Shown: piece by piece, positions 43,926-47,682 of the stretch
Layout of the letters: each line of letters starts with the position of its first letter
Position numbering within the stretch: position 1 is the first letter of the stretch
Source of the DNA: Macrostomum lignano
Lineage: Eukaryota
Length of the DNA stretch: 47,682 nucleotides
NCBI GenBank assembly: GCA_002269645.1
Contig: NIVC01002030.1
Location: 1-47,682, forward strand
Reading direction: 5' to 3'
The notes under the pieces: generated by a model
Seen by the model: only the letters and a program-made list of their open reading frames with translations
Databases searched by the model: none
What the model was told of the DNA's origin: nothing
Made by a program: the position numbers and the translations under genes

Positions 43926-46658
43926 ATGCATTTAAACTGCAGGGGATTCAACCCGAAAATCAGAGAGCTGACACAGTGGGTCGTCAGTCAGGAGCTAGAC
44001 ATTGCCCTCTTCTCTGAGACCATTCTCAAAAGTTGTCACACTGTCCAGATTCCCGGGTACTCCATCATTCGGTATGATACCCCGCAAGTCAAACGCGGGC
44101 TTCTCCTTGCCCACTCTCCTCGCGTCAAACTCACAAATGTGCGCTTGCAGTATGACAATGTCAACCATGAAGCCATCTCTTGCACCGTGAGCTTGTCTGA
44201 CAACTCTGGTCCTGACTTCAATCTTGCTCTGGTGTACAGGTCTCCAGCACCGTATCATCTGAACCTGAACCTACTCAAAAATCTTCTCTCCGTAGGCGCA
44301 GTGTGCTCATGGGTGACCTCAATGCCAGACACCGCTTCCTCGGGGTGACAGCAGCAACAACATGGCTGGCTACCAGCTGCACGACTGGCTGTCTGAGGGC
44401 CCCACCTCGCCCACCATTCTCAATCAAGCCGGTCAGTTCACCAGACTGGCCACCAAAAACGGGCTGATTTCTAGGAATGTCTTGGACCTCGCCCTGGCCA
44501 CTGAGGACTTTCTCCCATTTGTGCAGGACTTTGAGGTGGGTCCTGACCTGGGCAGTGACCACTTACCTATAATCCTCACGCTCAATATTCAGTCGAAGAA
44601 ATGGGCTGGTCCCCCCAGACCCAAAAACTTCTCAAAAACAAACTGGGACGAGTTCAGACTCAAAATCAGTGAAGCTTTGAGCTCAGATCAGAATATTAAA
44701 TTATCAAATGCTGACCAAATCAATGCCGAAGTGGATCACATCACAAAGGCCATTCACACCGTGATTGACTCCACAGTACCAGACTGTGGTGCCAAAAACG
44801 CCCTACCCAAGTACATCCTCGACCTGATCAAAGAGCGCAGACGACTCAGACGCCTCTTCTTCAGCACACGGGATCAAAATTTCAAAACCCAAGCAAACCA
44901 GCTCGCAAATCGCATAAAGAGAGAAATTAACTCCTTCCAGAATGGAAAGCTCACCAAAGTCTGTGAGAGTATTGTTGAAAACAGCAAGAACAAGAAAGTG
45001 AAGAATTTCTGGCATGACACTAAAAAGCTGATGGGCAAATTTAAGCCAACCTCATCCCCAGCCTCACCCTGGGTCAAACAACTGCGCACACAGATCTGGA
45101 GAAGGCTAACCTTCTAGCCGAGACTCTGGACTCAAAGATGCGCCCAGTCCCTTCCACATGCGAACAGCTCAAACGTGAGGTGGCCGATGTGGCACAGCTC
45201 ACCTCATTCTACCCCGTTCCTGAGGGAATCGAACCCATTGAGACCCACCCACTTGATGCTGCATTCTCTGTGGCAGACACAGTGTGGGAACTGGAGCACC
45301 TCAGGCCTGATGGAGCACCCGGGCTGGACAAGATTCCCAACTGCGTCCTCAAGCTGGGCTTAGAGGGGTGGCAATCACGAGACTCACTAACCTCTTCAAC
45401 GCCTGCTACGGTCGAGGGATTTTCCCCAGCGCCTGGAAGAAAGCTGTGGTGACAATGATCCCCAAGCCGGACAAACCGCCCGAACACCCCAACTCCTACA
45501 GACCAATCAGCCTGACCTCATGTCTGGGCAAAGTGTTTGAGAAGCTTATAGCAAAAAGACTCACCAAGCACCTTGAGGATAATAAGACCCTAGGAGATGA
45601 CCAATGCGCCTACCGCAAAATTCACTCCACGTATGACAACCTGTGCCGTCTGGCACAAGATGTCATGGTAGCAAAGTGCAAAGCTAAAAAGTCCGCTGCA
45701 GTCTTCCTGGATGCAGAGGCAGCTTTTGACTCCACCTGGCACGACAAGATCAGGCATAGCATGCTCACCGATGGTTTTCCACCTATGCTCATGCGAATCC
45801 TGTCTGACTACCTGCGAGACAGACAGATCCAGGTTCGAATCGAGGGGGCCCTAAGCGATCCCCACACCATCCAGGCTGGCGTCCCTCAGGGAGGCATTCT
45901 GAGCCCTCTCCTGTACCTCCTCTTCGTCAGCTCAATGCCGACTCCCACCATCTCAAGCGTCAAACGCAGTCAATTCGCAGACGACATGGCCGTCTGGGCC
46001 TCAGCAGACACCTTTGCGGGGCTCCGAACATCCCTTCAAAGCTACCTCAGACGAGTCTTTGACTGGTGCGGTAAACAAGGCATTAGACTGAATGCCGGTA
46101 AAAGCAAAGCAATCGCTTTCAACTACAAACCCACTAGGCGCATGGACTTGCGACCCAAACTGTATCTGGGGACACTGAGGTTCCGTACTGTCAGGAGGTG
46201 AAATTCCTGGGTGTCCTCCTTGACCAGAGCCTCTGCCTGAACAAACATGTGGACAACATGGCAGATACCAGCAGAGCCATTGTAATGTCACTGTGCAGAA
46301 TTGCAAAAATGACTAAGCTGAGTAGCACCACCCTCAGAATGCTGTACAGGGCATACGGAGAAAGCGCTCTCACCTACGGAGCGCCAATCCTGAGCCAAAT
46401 TGTGCGACTAACCAAATCAAATTGCAGAAAATTCAAAACCTGGCTCTCCGTATCTGCTATGGTGTGCCATCCTACATCAGCATTGAATACCTGCACAAGC
46501 TGGCAGGTATGCCGATGCTCGCAGACAGGGTCAAGCAGCTGGGGGTGGCTTGGCTGCTCAAGATGAGGGCAGCCAAGCTCCACAGCTTCCACATTGAGCC
46601 GGAAGCCCCTCGGGCTCCGGGCCGAACCCCGTCCTCAATGTCCTCTGGGATGCCATGA
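43926..46658 (+). CDS. LINE ORF2: AP-like endonuclease + reverse transcriptase (about 6 frameshifts); no RNase H recognised
   Basis: APE: HLNCRG, LFSET, GDLNARH, LDLAL, GSDHLP. RT: APGLDKIP, WKKAVVTMIPKPDK..YRPISLTSCLGKVFEKLI, FLDAEAAFDSTWH, GVPQGGILSPLLY, QFADD, LNAGKS, KFLGVLLD. Jockey-like tail QKIQNLALR..G.P.YI..LH..AG. Confidence 0.92.
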
Positions 46659-47296
46659 GGCGTCGGGAAAGAAACAGGGGAATCCCACCCCAGGGTTAGG
46701 CTGGCTACCAGCCTTCCAAACCGGAAGTGACCACGCTCTGAAACGCAACTAATAAAACTAAACTTGCTGCCTGAGACAGAGATCGGTTGATCAGTCATTA
46801 GGACTGATTAGGTAATCTCTATGTCTCCTCGCGTTTCTTTTTACAATTTTCCCAACTGTGTTTTTTACCCAACTGCTCTACAAATATCACTAATTGCTTT
46901 TTTACACCTTTACTATATTCATTCTATTTTTACAACTAAATTCAAATATGCGCTATTGCATTTTTAATCTCTATTTTTTACTTAAATGTCTTGCTTTTAC
47001 TCTCAATAGGCCTTCAAATATCTAGCACGTATTTTTTAGATGTCCTGTTTTTATTAGATCCCTTCTTTGTGTGCGGATTTCCCTCCCTCTTTTTTATCCC
47101 CAAATGCGTGCAAAATACTGCAAAATATTGAAAAATAGTTTTATATATGTATTTTTAATTTCAATATTCGTATTAAATATTCAAATCGAAATCTTGTAAA
47201 TATTTTTAATTCTTTCGATCAAATACAAAATATAACTGCGGCAGAGTTCTTCGGAACTGACCCGCGCCGGTTTCGACGGCACCTCGTTTTAACAAC

Positions 47297-47364
47297 AAAG
47301 ATTTCCGTGGAGGATACTCTTAGGAGAATTCTCTAGTTTTTGCAGGCCTTTCCTAGAAAGGCTT
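47297..47364 (+). ncRNA. U5: Second U5 snRNA 3' half at the head of the next LINE copy
   Basis: Near-identical to 40844-40912. Sm-like AGTTTTTG at 47335-47342, with the same terminal hairpin. Confidence 0.8.
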
Positions 47365-47682
47365 ATTGGAATAGAATAGTTTAGACTAGCCTAGCTTAGC
47401 TCTTAAAGTACTTTAGTTAGCCTTCCATTCCACTGTACATTTGTTTTTTATCTCTACTCTACCCCACCCCTAGTCTTATCTTGCAGTCGCCCCACCCCTC
47501 TCAGCGAGCGCACTTTGTGTGCCTCCTGACTCATTAGTTAGTTGTTAGTTTAGTTTAGTGTGAGTGCACCCAAATAATCACGCCATATGGCTGCAAATCG
47601 CGCCAGCGCTAAAAAGATGGACTGCCGGCCCTCTCTCGAGCACCGGTATCGTCCGAACGAAGCCTACGGTCGCCAGCTTCTT
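47311..47682 (+). mobile_element. Start of a further head-to-tail copy of the same LINE (runs off the window; ORF1 ATG at 47587)
   Basis: Near-identical to 40858-41231 with scattered substitutions and indels; translates MAANRASAKKMDCRPSLEHRYRPNEAYGRQL. Confidence 0.9.

Larger units (their letters stand above)
40858..47296 (+). mobile_element. Full-length (~6.4 kb) Jockey/I-group-like non-LTR retrotransposon in U5, encoding AlkB-gag ORF1 and APE-RT ORF2
   Basis: Two-ORF LINE layout, bounded by the 14-mer on both sides, with an A-rich 3' end; the same head sequence resumes after it. Clade assignment is from motif resemblance only. Confidence 0.9.

Noticed and set aside
41127-46798. Antisense ORFs over LINE ORF1/ORF2
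   Set aside because: Shadow frames of GC-rich coding sequence with no recognisable motifs.
40263-47682. Reading the ~0.9-kb direct repeats as LTRs
   Set aside because: No TG..CA ends, PBS, PPT, protease or integrase. The enzymes are APE and LINE-type RT, and the repeat runs on into a new ORF1, so these are tandem LINE copies.

Overview
Eukaryotic (animal) genomic DNA. GT-AG introns, GC-rich low-complexity exons and very dense minisatellites resemble a repeat-rich invertebrate such as a flatworm; the species is inference only. The left part holds a 5-exon Polycomb (Pc/CBX) gene (4438-13004, +) with chromodomain, AT-hook, an unusually internal Pc C-box and a C-terminal PMDLS motif, interrupted by one apparent 1-nt deletion. 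The middle (~14.9-38.4 kb) is a patchwork of more than a dozen minisatellite arrays with embedded TE fragments: an RTE LINE with a TSD, a Penelope GIY-YIG fragment and an I-group LINE tail. Two mariner relics lie at 361-1291 and 38910-39845. Main discovery (40.2 kb to end): a U5 snRNA gene is split just after loop 1 by a head-to-tail array of a Jockey/I-group-like LINE. A 14-bp U5 sequence (AAAGATTTCCGTGG) recurs at every junction like a target-site duplication. The full-length unit and the start of the next unit each begin with a U5 3' half (Sm-like site plus terminal stem-loop), so a full-length insertion would rebuild a chimeric U5 and could be driven by the U5 promoter. ORF1 of this LINE carries an AlkB-family 2OG-Fe(II) dioxygenase with all catalytic residues, ahead of gag-like zinc knuckles. 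No database searches were run; family assignments come from motif recognition.
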